Positions 34,809-48,500 of a stretch of 64,000 bases of DNA are shown piece after piece. Under the pieces are notes generated by a model that worked only from the letters and a program-made list of their open reading frames with translations, was not told the origin of the DNA and did not search any database. Each line of letters starts with the position of its first letter. The stretch's first letter is position 1. This stretch comes from Octopus bimaculoides (lineage: Eukaryota). The stretch covers positions 114,799 through 178,798 of the forward strand of contig NC_068984.1 of the NCBI RefSeq assembly GCF_001194135.2, written 5' to 3'. The translations under genes were made by a program, and so were the position numbers.

Positions 34809-37800
34809 GTAAGTTTTAAATAATTTATTCAATTTACAAATTTATTATGTTATAAGAATTTAGAAACCTTGAGAGACATGAAATAATTTGTTTTTAACAG
34901 TGGAACTCAAAGTTGTTGGCATCCTTTTGTCTCAGCAGACAATGGAGTTGCACATAAAATAATCCAGTCTGGTGTTTACATTTCGTGTCATTTCCTCTCC
35001 AGTTTTGTGCAGGCCTGGGCTAGATGTAAGAAAATCCTGGGTAGCCCAATCGTCAGGATTCCTCTCTCGACCTTACTGACGTAGTCCAAAGAAGTGCAGA
35101 GCATTACGTTTGGCACCAGCTTGGTTGCAGGAGCTGCTGGAAGAGTGTCGAGTTGAACACTAAACCGCCTTCAGGGCTCCCCTCTGGATTTCTTTGAAGG
35201 TTATTTCCTTTCCGTAACCCTGGATAGGGGCCCATACCGGATACTGTCAGCCGGAGCCAGCTGAGCCTGGGACTCGTGTCAGGCAGGAACTCAAAGTAGA
35301 TAAGGGTATAAACAATAGCATATAGATATATCAGGTGATAAAACACTTTGGGTAGGAAAAGTGAAAGGCTGCTCCCAGAGAATTTTGAAGGGTTACTTGG
35401 GTACAAGGGTAGAACATCAGTCATGTTTACACAAGGTGTATGTCCAAGTCACATGGGTAGCCTTCAACTTTTTCTAGCCAATATTTAATTGCTGTTATTA
35501 ATTGCATAATTTACTTCAAGTTCCACAGTTAAAAATGAATTATCAAGTTTTTAAATGCTTGACATAAACAAATTTATTATTATTTTCTTTTCTATTATTT
35601 TTCTATTATTTTCTTTTCTTTTTTTTTCAGTATATTTCCCAATGATTATAAAGATATTTGAGTTAATGTTTAAAACTTTATTAAGTCTATAGAAAACAAG
35701 ATCACACCAACCATAAAAAGTCACAATATATTTTTTATGATTATTTTATATTTTTTCAATTCATGTTAAATATTGGTTTCAAATTTTGGCACAAGGTCAG
35801 CAATCCCGGGAGAAGAGTTAAGTTGATTACATTGACCCTAGTGCTCAGCTGGTACTTATTTTATAGACCCTGAAAGGATGAAAGGAAAAGCTGATATCAG
35901 CAGAATTTGAACTCAGAACATAAAGACTGACGAAATGCTGCCAAGCATTTTGTTCAGTGTGCTGATGCTTCTGCTCGCTCACTGCCTGAATTCCTATTAA
36001 ATATTAATGCATATTGTGATGCTGATTTTTTTTTTAAATCTAAAATTAATTCATTTTTACCTGAGAAGCAAAATCTCTTGCTCCAGGCATAAGGGCCTCT
36101 CCCTCAGAGTGAAAGGCAAATTGTACAATGCATGTATATGTCCAGCTATGTTACATGGCAGTGAAACATGGGCTGGATGGGTAGTGTAAGTGTGCATGCA
36201 TGACAGAGTGTAAATGATTTAAGAGGAAAGCTGGGTGTAAGAGGCATCAGATGTGCAAGAGAGAAGACTGCTGGTTTGGTCATGTGATGCATATGGATGA
36301 GGACAGCTGCATAAAGAAGTGACAAACTCTAATTGTGGAAGGTACCTGTGGAAGGGGTAGACCCAGGAAGACATGTGATGAAATGGTGAGAAAGGATTTT
36401 CAGATGATGGGCATCACTGAAGAAATAACAAGGGGCCAGGAGATGTGACATAAGTGCACCAGTGCCAGTGGCACATAAGCACCCAGCACACTCTGTTAAG
36501 TGGTTGGCATGTTAGGAAGGGCATCCAGCTGTAGAAACCATGCCACAACAGACAAGTGGAGTCTGGACTGCTCCCAACTGGCCAGCTCCTTATCAAATAG
36601 TCCAACCCATGCCAGCATGAGAGGTGGATATTAAATGATGATGATATGGCTGAGGACATGTCCATCGTTATCATCATCATCATCATCGTTGTTGTCATCA
36701 TCATTGTCTTTTTACATTTATGTTCCAGGCTGGCATAGATTTGACAGTTTGTGTGACAGATGGGACAAATGTGAGAAGTGTATTGTATTGCAATGTCTGT
36801 CCTTGCATGGTTTCCACCACTGGGTACCTGTTCTAGCACCAACAATTTGACCAAATGTGCTCGCTGCTTTTTTTCGTCACACCAGTACAAGCGAGGCTGC
36901 AAGACTAAGATACCAGTTTCCTGCTTCGTCCGTATTATGTTTGCTTGTCCAGCACTGCTGTGACATGGCATGAAATCCTTGCAGCTCTGGTTTCACTGCA
37001 AACCAAAGAAACCAATGCCACCACATTGTACTATGAACGTATATCTCTTGCGAAACTGTTTTCTGAACGAGCAGCATTGACGTACCTAAGAATATTTGGT
37101 AGAGGAGGATGCAGTTTGCCTAATTTTACCTTCCCCTAAAAGCAACATAGATATTTCAATTCAACAGGGCATCTGAAAGCTTTGCTGTGTGAGCAAATAT
37201 TGTCAAAGAGATTCCTTGCATTGTGTGGATGCATAACAGAGAGTACAGCTGTTCTTAAAAGTCATTGAAATTGGCCTTCATTGGTAATCCCTTAACAGAC
37301 TTTCTCCTGGGCTTTTAAGCTTATTCTCCTGCTGTTTTTGCATAAGATATATCTCTGCATAGTCTGTCCATTTAACACTGGTCATCAGTCGGCATCCAGC
37401 TATTCACAGAATGAAAACTGGCTCAGTGTATTGTTTTGAAGTAGATTATGCTCTTCTTAAGATACCCCAGTCAGTCTGTCATGTGTAGCAGAAACAGAAT
37501 CATGTTCTCTATGCTTACAAGCATTGTCAGGCATTTCTTTCAGCTCTTTTGCCCTGGTTTCCTCTGATTCCGTTGGCCTTCTCTTCCTTTGCAGTTGTGC
37601 CTTTTGCCGTCAAGTGTTCGGTTTCAGGTGCATATTTTTTGAAAGGCCCCATGTTGAGTTGAAAAATTCTAATGTGGCAACAAACAGCACAGTATGTATA
37701 TTGTATTGTGGCATTGTAACCAATATGTTATACAAAATCAGTATATTACCTAACAATAAATGCAAAGTCAGCATTGGCACAGAAAATAACCCAAAGCTTT

Positions 37801-37981
37801 CATTATCCAAAGGACCATGGCTAAGATATTAATTACATAACAGAATGAAACTTGAAAGGAAAACTTTCTATGGAATTTTGATATGATGAATGTGAAAGTT
37901 TTCACAAATATTTTCAAAGTATCACAAAGAGAATTTTTGTAATCACTTATTTTTAATGAAAACAATTGAATAGACATAGGA

Positions 37982-38029
<48 letters not shown>

Positions 38030-40297
38030 CAGCATTGTAAGAAAAGAAAGTGAAAGCAACAGAGTGGAAAAAGACAAAAAGTACTAAATGAAATAATGAA
38101 ATGATAATGTGAAAGACTCTGAAAAACCAATGAAGATAAGAATGGAGAGGAAAAGTTAAAAGGATAGAAAAAGAAGAAGACCAATACAAATAGAAGTAAT
38201 AAACAAAGAAGAGATGGAGAGAGAGAGAGAGAGGGAGAAAGAGGGAGGGAGTGCATTGTAAGGGAAGGGATACAAATCATCATCATCTTCTCATCGTTGT
38301 CATTTAATGTCCATTGTTCATGCTGTCATGGGTTGGACAGTTTGACCAGAGCTGGTAAGCAAGCGAGCAGCACCAGATTCCAGTGTGATTTAGCATGGTT
38401 TCTATGGCTGGATGTCCTTCCTACCATCAACCACTCTCAGAGTGGTTGATGGGTGTTTTTGTGTGCCACTGGCACGGGTGTCACTTGTGTAATGAGTAAA
38501 ACATTAAAAATCTTGAAAATCACATTTCACTAAGAATATATAAATCTGGAATTTTTAAGAATTTTTCTTGACAACATAAACATTAATAATTGTTTTCTTT
38601 CATAAAAGTTACATGCTTATAACTAATAAATACTTTTTAAAGCAGCGAGCTGAAATAGTCATTAGCACATTGTGCAAACCACTTAGTTGCATTTCATCTG
38701 AGTTCAAGTTCTGCTGAGGTTGACTTTGCTTTTCATCCTTTCAGGATCAATAAATTAAGAGCTAGTTGAGCACTGGCGTCGATGTGATTGACTTACCCAC
38801 TCTCCTGAAACGTGATACCAATATTTGACCAATATATATAGCTTTCTTTATCATAGTATATATGCCACACCAATGGAGCAGTTTACTTCAGTAGGCTCTA
38901 AATATTATGTATACACAAGTACATATACATGTATATGCACAAATACACACACATGTGTAGATACTAAGACAATAAATTGTTAGAATTGTTAGTACTTTGT
39001 AGTATTTATTCCACCTCTCTGCACTCTGTGTTCAAATTCCACCAGAGTCAACTTTACCTTTTCATCCTTTTGGGGTCAATAAAATTGTGGAATTTTAGCT
39101 GTGTGTGACTTTTGAGTTCAAATCTGAGTATTTTGTATTGTTTTGTTTTTAAGGTCTCAACAAATGCGATGAAGATGTCTCCACATGCAAAGGCAGTAAG
39201 CCTTATCAGAAAGTTTATTTTGATTCTACAGATAGCTGTTACTATGACTTTAATGTAAATAGTTCCTATTATGAAGCAAAAACAAGTTGTGAAGAAATGG
39301 GTGCTCATTTACTCACCATAGAATCAGAGGAAGAACAGACTTTTGTTGTAACAAAACTGTCAATACGTAAGTAAATAAAGATTTTTAAAATATCTCAACA
39401 CTAACATTTCTCTCGTGCAACACATACAATTATCAATTAGGTGCTGCTGTTTTCATCAGGTTTATTTGCTTGATTGTTTGCTTGTCTGTTTCAGAGTCTG
39501 TGTAAGTATCTCAGCAAATAATCAAGTTAGGGAGTTCAAAGAAAAGAAGAAAATGTTTTTATGGAATATATTTTTATATTATGTATGTTTTTTAATCCTA
39601 AACATGTATCTTAATCAACAAGTCATATATTAAATGAATTACAGGTTAATGGAATCAAATAATACAAAAAAATTTGTACAACAGAAATATATTCACACAT
39701 ACATAGGTGGGTCCTCTGCTCAGTTTCCTCTTTAAGACATCTTCGCCTCCCATCATCTCTCAAACTGCAATAATCTGCTGCTGTAAGTAAATGTGAGCAA
39801 AAAAGCATGCTTCACCAGTTCTTCTTGATACTACTTGTCTTTCATACCACTCGGAACCATTTCCTTTCTTCTTAATATTCTCCTCCTCTCCACCTCCATT
39901 ATACATTGAGTCACCAAATTATCTCTCTGTCCAACACTATACATTTTTCACTCTCCCCACTGCCTCTCTCTCCCCTACCACACTATATATGAGAAAAGAT
40001 GGAAGGATGTGGTAAGGAAGTTGGGAGTGAGTGTCCCTACTTAATCTACCCATGAGGAAAAAAAAAAAAACAGGGGTGTAGCCGTTGGACAGCAGACCAA
40101 CAAGGAAAAATGTAAAGGAAATGTAAATTTTAAAATCATCTAATTTTTAATTTGATATATTTCTGTGTAAAGAAAAAAAAAAAAAAAAAAAAAAAAGAAT
40201 TGAAAAAAACTCAGAATATTTTCTTTTTAATGTTTTGTCCTTCTATGTCAGATCTTATTATCATAATAAAGAAAAGAAATCTCTCCCCTACCACACA

Positions 40298-40332
<35 letters not shown>

Positions 40333-42556
40333 CTCCCCTTGTCTACTATATCATTACTATCTTGTAGATCCTTTTCAACCACCACTTTTCCTGCACTTTC
40401 CTACTCTCTCCGACTCTTCCAAATCCTATATATTATTGGTCATACCTTTCATCAACCTTACTCAATCTTTAAAGTTGTCTCCTACTCTTCCCCTACCTAT
40501 CCCTCAACACTTCTTCTTTCTTTATTCTCACACACTCCCACCCACGCCCTATCTCTAAATATCTCACATACCCTCATGCAACCTCTTCCCACTCATACAT
40601 CCTGTTCTCCTGTCCCTGTTCACTTCTTCTCGTTGTATACCTTAAGCATCCAACCCCTTTTCTATAACGTGAGTAACCATGTAGCTCCTCTACATGTTCT
40701 GGCCCCTTTTTCTTATACTTTAACTTCTTATCTCCTCCTAGCATAAAAGCCACCTCCTTCTCTTCAGTAGCTCTACTCAGTCAAAGAAGACTTTCTTCAT
40801 GCAACATGCAGTCATAGACTGTCTCTCCTTCTTCACTGAAGGATGAAAAAGGGTTTTTAATGGAATTTGTTGCCAATTTAGTTTTCATTGAATTAAAGTA
40901 GAAAGGAATTTTCAAAAAATGTGTACGTGTGCATGTGTGTGTGCATGTGTATGTGTGCGTGTACGCATGCATGTTTGTGTGTGTAACTTGAGTGATATTA
41001 ATGCTTTGAGTGATATATTGTCTTCTCTGGCACCAAACTTGTTAATAAATACTTGAACTAATCTTCCAACAATTCAATGTTGATTTCTCACCAGTCGTAC
41101 ATGTCACTTGTTATGGAGATAATATTCCACTTTAATCTATTACCTTATACTAAAATTATCTATTGTTGTTGTTATTATTATTATTTATTTTATGCAGATT
41201 TAGCTTTATCTTTGCCAGACACAATGTAAGATTTATATATGATATTTAGACACTGCAGTAACCTACCACTATCATCATCATCATTGTCTTCACCATAAGT
41301 TTTGACAGTGCTATTAAAAGAGAATATTTAAGTGTGTTAAAGATTTATATTTAATTTTGAAATATTAAATAAGGACAACAGAATTAAGTAAATGTGAAAA
41401 CACTTTTATTTGAAACTACTATTGAACAGAATGTATTATTTTCTATTTTTAAAATTGCTTAATTCTTCAAGTGATTTGAAGAAGTGAGTTAAAAGCAGTG
41501 AATTGGCAGGTAAACCCCTTATGGAAAATCCTATCATTCTTTTAATGCATGGAAAGTAGAGTACACAGAGTGCAGCTTATCTGGTGGGTACAAGTTCAGC
41601 CCCTGAGTACACACCCACTTTTAATGTTCCAGGGATGTTACTGATTTCAACAGGCACCTGAAGAAAGATAGAAGGTACAACAGGTGAAATATTGTGAATA
41701 TAACAATCCAGATAAAGGGATCAGTTTGAATATATCCAGGTATAATACTGAGATGGATAGCAATGTCTTGTTGACTTATCTGACCAATGTCAGCATGAAG
41801 AAACAAATATCAAGACAATGAGGAACATAAAAATAATAATGCAATGGTAACAGTGATGATGATGGGTGTGTGTGTGTGTGTATACACACACATATTAACA
41901 CTTGGTTTTATGTTAGGCTATATATATAAAACAACAACATTAAGCTGAATAATTACTCAGTATTTTACAGCAGAGTCCATTAAGATTCATTTTTACAAGA
42001 AAAAGCCTGACAGTGACTTTGTAACTTCAGCTTACCATCAATCATCAGATTGATGAGTTGAAACTTTGACGTCACTGTCAATCTTTTTCTTGTAAAAATT
42101 AACACACTCACACACACATACACACACATGTAAACACATGCATGCCAGCATGATCATACAAAGAAACACAATACACATATGCTCTCACACATACACATGG
42201 ATGCACCAACACACACACACACACACACATGACAAACACTGACTGCTCCAATCCTTTATGTTCCGAGCAGGTATTAATGTCCACATTAATGTCTCTCTTA
42301 TCTTTGTTGGCATTAATGACAGCTGCTGTCCTCTCACACTGATAACACTTTATCAATAGGTAGCTGCAAGATCAATTGTGTGTGACCATCACTGAAGACA
42401 GAGCTAGCTCAAATTAAATATGTGTGTACAGGTAATCCTTTGGACTGTTCGATCATGAGAGAGGTGGTAGAAAACAAGGTAGTTCATTAAATATTCATGT
42501 ATGGTCTGATAAAAGGACATTGATCTTAAAACACACAGCACACATGCGTGCGCATA

Positions 42557-42591
<35 letters not shown>

Positions 42592-44122
42592 ACACACACG
42601 CATTAAGAAATCTGCTTCACAACCACATAATTTTAGGTTCAGTCCCACTGTATGGCACATTGTGCTAGTGTCTATTACTATAGTCCCAGGCAAACCAAAA
42701 CCTTACGAAGAAGTGCATTGTGTGGGTATAAATATGTATGCTTGCAGGTGTGTTTCCTTGTCTTGAGAGTTGGTGATAGGAAATGCATCTGGCCATAGGA
42801 AATCTACCTCAACCATTTCTGTCTGACCTTTGCAAATATGGAAAAGAGGACGTTAAAAGATGATGGTCATTCTGATGATACAGATGCTTCTTCTCCTTCT
42901 TCTTCTTCTTCTTCTTCATCATCATCCTCCTCCTCCTCATCTTCCTTTAACGTCCATTTTCTATGTTGCATAGGTCGCACAGTTTCCTCAGAGCTGGCAC
43001 GCTGAAGTGTTGCACCAAGTTCCAGTCTGATTTGGCTTAGTTTCTATGGTAGGATGCTTTTCCTGACACCAACCACTTTACAGGTTGTGCTTTTAACATA
43101 GCAGGAGCACTTTTATGTGGTGTCGCCACTAGTACTTTCTACATGACACTGACACAAGGCTCTCTTGCAGGCCAATCCCCTTCATCAGGGGAAGTGGCAC
43201 TAACACTTCTGCTGTGGAGTATTCTCGAGTACAGTAAGGCACCAAATATCTTGGTCCTTTGATGTCTCTTTTGTAAGGTTCAGTGTCTTGAGGTCAGCCT
43301 TCAGCACTTTGTCCCACTTCCTCTGAGTTCCATCTGCTTTGAGTGAACAACACTTCTTTATGGAGCTGTCAACATCCATCCACATCACATGACCAAACCA
43401 GCAGACTCTAATTCCTCTTATGCTTAAATTTTCCATCAACATACTAGCTCTCTGTCACACATGTACACTTACATTGTACAACCAGTGGAGAATACTAACC
43501 TCATTCTGCTCCAGCCTTGACATGTCCTTTACATTCAGGGCCAATGTCTCACTACAATGTAGAATTGCTGTTGTATACATGCATCGTACAATCTTCCTTT
43601 CACTTGGAGAGAGACAGTTGGCTGCCAACAGAGGTAAAAGCTCTCTGAATTTCCTCCATCCTATTCTTATTTCAGCTGTTGCACTCTTCGTGCATCCTCC
43701 CCATTACTCATTTGGTCCCCTAGGTAGCAGAAATTATCCACTATCTCTAAAGAGCCTCCAGGGCATTTGAGAAAATTGATTTCCCAAGTATCTGTAGTTT
43801 TTATGGTTTCTCTTCCACATACAAGCACTACTTTCTCTGATAACCTTCCTATTATTTCACAGGACATCTTGTTTGTCCATAGCTGCACTGGGTACACCAT
43901 GTAGAATTCCTGCCTACACTTTTTCTATAGATTCAACATTTACCTGTAGTGGGTAGGGGCCTGTCTGTTTTCTTGCTTACTGAAACCTTAGTCTTTGTTA
44001 AGTTAACATTAAGGCCCTTAGAGTCTAGATTTTACTTCCACACCTAAAATTTCTACTCTAGCTCTAATATAGAATCTATAAGGGCAAGATTATCAGCATA
44101 TAACTTCTATATAGAAATGTGC

Positions 44123-44156
<34 letters not shown>

Positions 44157-45442
44157 NNNNNNNNNNAATTTCCCTTATGAATTTTTTTACACACTGGCTT
44201 CTTGATAACATTTTTGTAAATGAGTTTTATCCTTTTTTGAATTTATTTATCAAATATATATATATATATATATATATGTTGTTATATTTCAGGATGGTAA
44301 TTTTTTTTTTTTGCCAAATAAACAACACATGCACAATATATTTGTTCTACACTCATTTATTACTGTTCTTATTCTAACTCATGTCCATTGTCCAGAAACA
44401 TTGCTACTGACTTGGTCACCTAGGTAACAGAAGCTATCAACTACTCCTAGTTTTCCTCCAAGCATTTGATAGAGGCTATTTTCTGTACACTTTTATTGTT
44501 CCTGTGCATCTTCCACACACAAAAGCTAGTTTCCCTGTTAACCTTCCTCTGATATTGCTGCACCTTTTATGTGTCCAAAGCTTACACCGGGTGCATCTCA
44601 TGGAGTTTCCTACAGATCAAGTAAGGCCTGAATTGTCTGCCTTCCTCCTTACTAAGACTTTGGTTTTGCTAGGTTAACTCTAAGGTCATTCAATTCCAGA
44701 CCTTGCTTCCACACCTGAAATTTCTTCTCTAGTTCTGGTAGTGACCCAGCTATTAGAGCAAGGTCATCAGCATATAGGAGCTCTGAAGTGCAGCCTGACT
44801 TAAATTCTTCTGTTATTACCTGGAGGACTATGATGAACAAGAGTGGAGCTGAGCACCAATCCTTGGTGAATCCCTACTTGTGCACTGAATTCATCACTAT
44901 ACGCATTAGCAACCCTTACTTTTCTGACCTTATCCCTGTACATGGCTTATACAGCTCTCACCATCTATTCAGCTATCTCTAGTTTCCACATTTCCCACCA
45001 AATAAGGGATCGAGGGCACCCAGTCAAAGGCTTTCTCCATGTCAACAAAAGCTAAGTACAGAGGTTTATCTTTGGCTAGGTACTTCTGCAGCTGTCTTAC
45101 CAGAAATATAGCATCAGTGGTGCTTCTTCCTGGCATAAAACCGAACTGCATCTCATCTAGACTAACTCTCTCCCTAATTAGTTGGGTCATGGCCGTCTGT
45201 CACCTTCATCACCTGATGTACTGATTTGATACCTCTGTAATTATTTCTATCTAAGGCATTGCTTTTACTTTTGTAGTAGTTGACTATGATGCTGCTACAC
45301 CAGTCATTGGGTATGACTCCTTCATGAACCACCTGGTTAACCTATACAGGTGACCAGACCACAACCTACACCACCAGATATTTTGAGCATCTCAGTAGTG
45401 ATTCCTGATGGGCTGAGGGCTTTCCTCATCTTATAGACACAC

Positions 45443-45502
<60 letters not shown>

Positions 45503-48500
45503 GAATACAAAAAATGGGACAAGAATGCAAAGCATCAAGACAGTTGGATGATACAAAAAATGGACAAGAAAAAACAAGGACGGGTCATTCGGAGTTCTCT
45601 TTCCTCAGGTGAGTTCCAGATTATCTTTGCAGTTTCGGCTGGTTGTACTCGAGACTGCTCCAATCTCTGGCCAGCCCCAAGGAAAATCTAAGCTAAGAGC
45701 ACCAGATTCCTTAGAAGAAAGCAGCGAATGTATACGAAAACAAGGACGAAAGAAAAAAACGGAGAAATGGTACACAAATACAAATACAAACAACTGGTGT
45801 CTTTCGAGTAAGGACGAATTAGATTAAGCTGGTGTGTGTGTGGGAGTGAAGCCTTGCGGCAGGGACAGAAGAGATGACAGGCATGAGAAGGAATATAGAT
45901 GTTGCACGGATGGTAGTCGAGCCAAGAAAGAAAGGTCAGGCTTGGCTGAATACCAGTCACATGGAAGGAGAGGAGAGAGGAGAGAGGTAGAGGCAGAGGG
46001 ATAACAGAATTAAAGGAGGGACGAGAAAAAAAGAAAAGGGACAGAGTGAAGTGAAAGAGGAGGGAAGGTGATTCTATAAATAATGCGCTTTTTAAAATTA
46101 TTTTATTTTTCAAAATTAATATAAACAAAGTTCTTTTTTAATCTAAAATATACTCTCCTTTATTTTCTACATTGCTCTTCCATCTTTCCGGTAGACTTGC
46201 AAGGCCTCTCTTCCACAGTTCACTCGTTCATGACAAAAAATACTCCTCCTCAACTGTTCTGACCTTGTTTACAGAATTCATATTTTTTCTACCCAAATGA
46301 TCTTGAAGACTGCAGAATAAATGATAATCAGAGATGCAACTCTTTTATTGACTTTCTACATTGTGTATTTATTTGGTAACACTTTACTCAAGTTATATTC
46401 TTACATGGTTACATTCAAACACAGAAACAACCTCGTTACAAACCTTAATGATGGGAGTGTTGCTGACTATAATGCCCTTGCTACATTCACTCATTGCTCC
46501 TCCTCTGCTTCTCCTCTCCTCATCTTCCTACTTAAGATACTCTCAATGCTTTCATCCTCTGCTTTCCACCACTTCTATGGCACCCTCCTCCTCCTCCAAT
46601 CTCTCCTCATCTTGCTACTCATGTTGCCTTTACCCTATACTGCTCCCACCTGTAGACGCCCTGCAGCCTTTCTTTCACTACATTCATGTATAGTTTCCTC
46701 TATTTTTCACCACTCTCCACATTCTTACTCTGTTCTTCCCCCTTCCCTTAAGACACCCTATAATTTCTTTTTCCATTACTGCTCAAAGCAAGTGATTTCC
46801 AGAATGTCATCATTACTGTTGGTGCTCTCATAGGAAACATTTTCACTCCCCAGCCATTTTCAGTCCCCTTAACACCTTGTCAACATTGCTTGGAAATATT
46901 TTGAAAGAAACATGCTTTAGCCTTTTTGTTCCTCTTGAAATACGCCCTCTTTATTTCAATTAATTTTGAAAATAATTAAGAATTTACTAAAAGTTATTTG
47001 TCATTACTAAGCTGGTTAATAGGGATATAAATTAACATAGAAGCTTAGTGAGAAATTTTTATTTAATTTTTATTCAGTTTGTATCATAGAATCAAGGCCA
47101 ATCTTGGACAGGTTGGTATTAAAAGAGTTAATAACACACCTAATTGACATTGTATTTGCTTTTGTATTTGGTTTGTAAGATTCTTAATGTGAACTCATGT
47201 GTTGAAACACATTTTGTCGTATCTTGGGAGGGTCATTATGACAATAATAAACACACACACTTTTTTTATACACTACATAGTGTAAAAAAATTGAGTTTAT
47301 TATTGGAAGAATGATTTTCCTGAGATACAACAAAATAATTAACATTATTATTTCACTCCTGATTTTTGTCTGATTGAAGGGAAATCTGGACGATGGCTTG
47401 CTCTGGAGAAAACTGGAGATGGATGGGTTTGGTATTATAACACCATCCAAAAAACCCTTAACTTTAGCAAACTACTAAGAGAATCTGGAGTAGAAGAGAA
47501 TGTCAGGGCATTTACTCAGTATAACCAGTGGCAACCAGAGTCTGCAGAAGCTATGCATCCATTTGTGTGCGAGTTCGACATCAAAGCAGGTAATCTTTCT
47601 ATAGCAGGAATCTATCATCTTTTCTTTCAGTCATTGGATATCGGCCATTCTGGGGCATCTCCTTGAAGGGTTTTAGTTAAACAAATCAACCCCAGTATTA
47701 ATGTTTATTTTTAAATCTGGTACTTATTCAACTGGGATCTTTGGCTAACTGCTAAGGTATGGGGACATAAACAAACCAACATTAGTTGTCAAGTGGTAGT
47801 AGGTGGGGGTGGTAGACACAAAGAAACACGTTGATAGATATATATCATCATCATCATCATCATTTACTGACTATTTTTCATGCTGGCATGGGTTGGATGA
47901 TTTAACAAGCGCTAGCAAACCCAGAGAATGTGCCAAGCTTTATTGTCTGCTTTGGCATGGTTTCCATGGCTGGATGCCATTCCTAATGCCAACCACTTCA
48001 TGGAATCTACCGGATGCTTTTTACTTGGGATCACAAAGTAGTTGGCTTTAGGAAAAGCATCCAGCTCTAAAAACCATATCAAAAGAGACAGTGTAGCTTG
48101 GTGCAATCCTCTGGCTTGCCGGCTCCTGTCAAACCATCCAACCCATGCCAGCATGGAAATGGGGGTTAAATGACGATGACGAGGATGAGGATGATATATA
48201 TATATATATGAGCGAGATCGTTGCCAGTGCCCCTGGACTGGCTTGTGCGGGTGGCACATAAAAGACACTATTTCGAGCGTGGCCGTTTTCGTGCGGGTGA
48301 CACGTAAAAGCACCCACTACACTCTCTGAGTGGTTGGCGTTAGGAAGGGCATCCAGCTGTAGAAACTCTGCCAAATCAGATTGGAGCCTGGTGTTGCCAT
48401 CCGGTTTCACCAGTCCTCAGTCAAATCGTCCAACCCATGCTAGCATGGAAAGCGGACGTTAAACGATGATGATGATGATATATATATATATATATTAATG

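Noticed and set aside
35020-35290. HDV-like ribozyme in an RTE 5'UTR-like repeat
   Set aside because: Local hairpins exist (CGTCAG/CTGACG), but I could not identify the nested double pseudoknot by eye.
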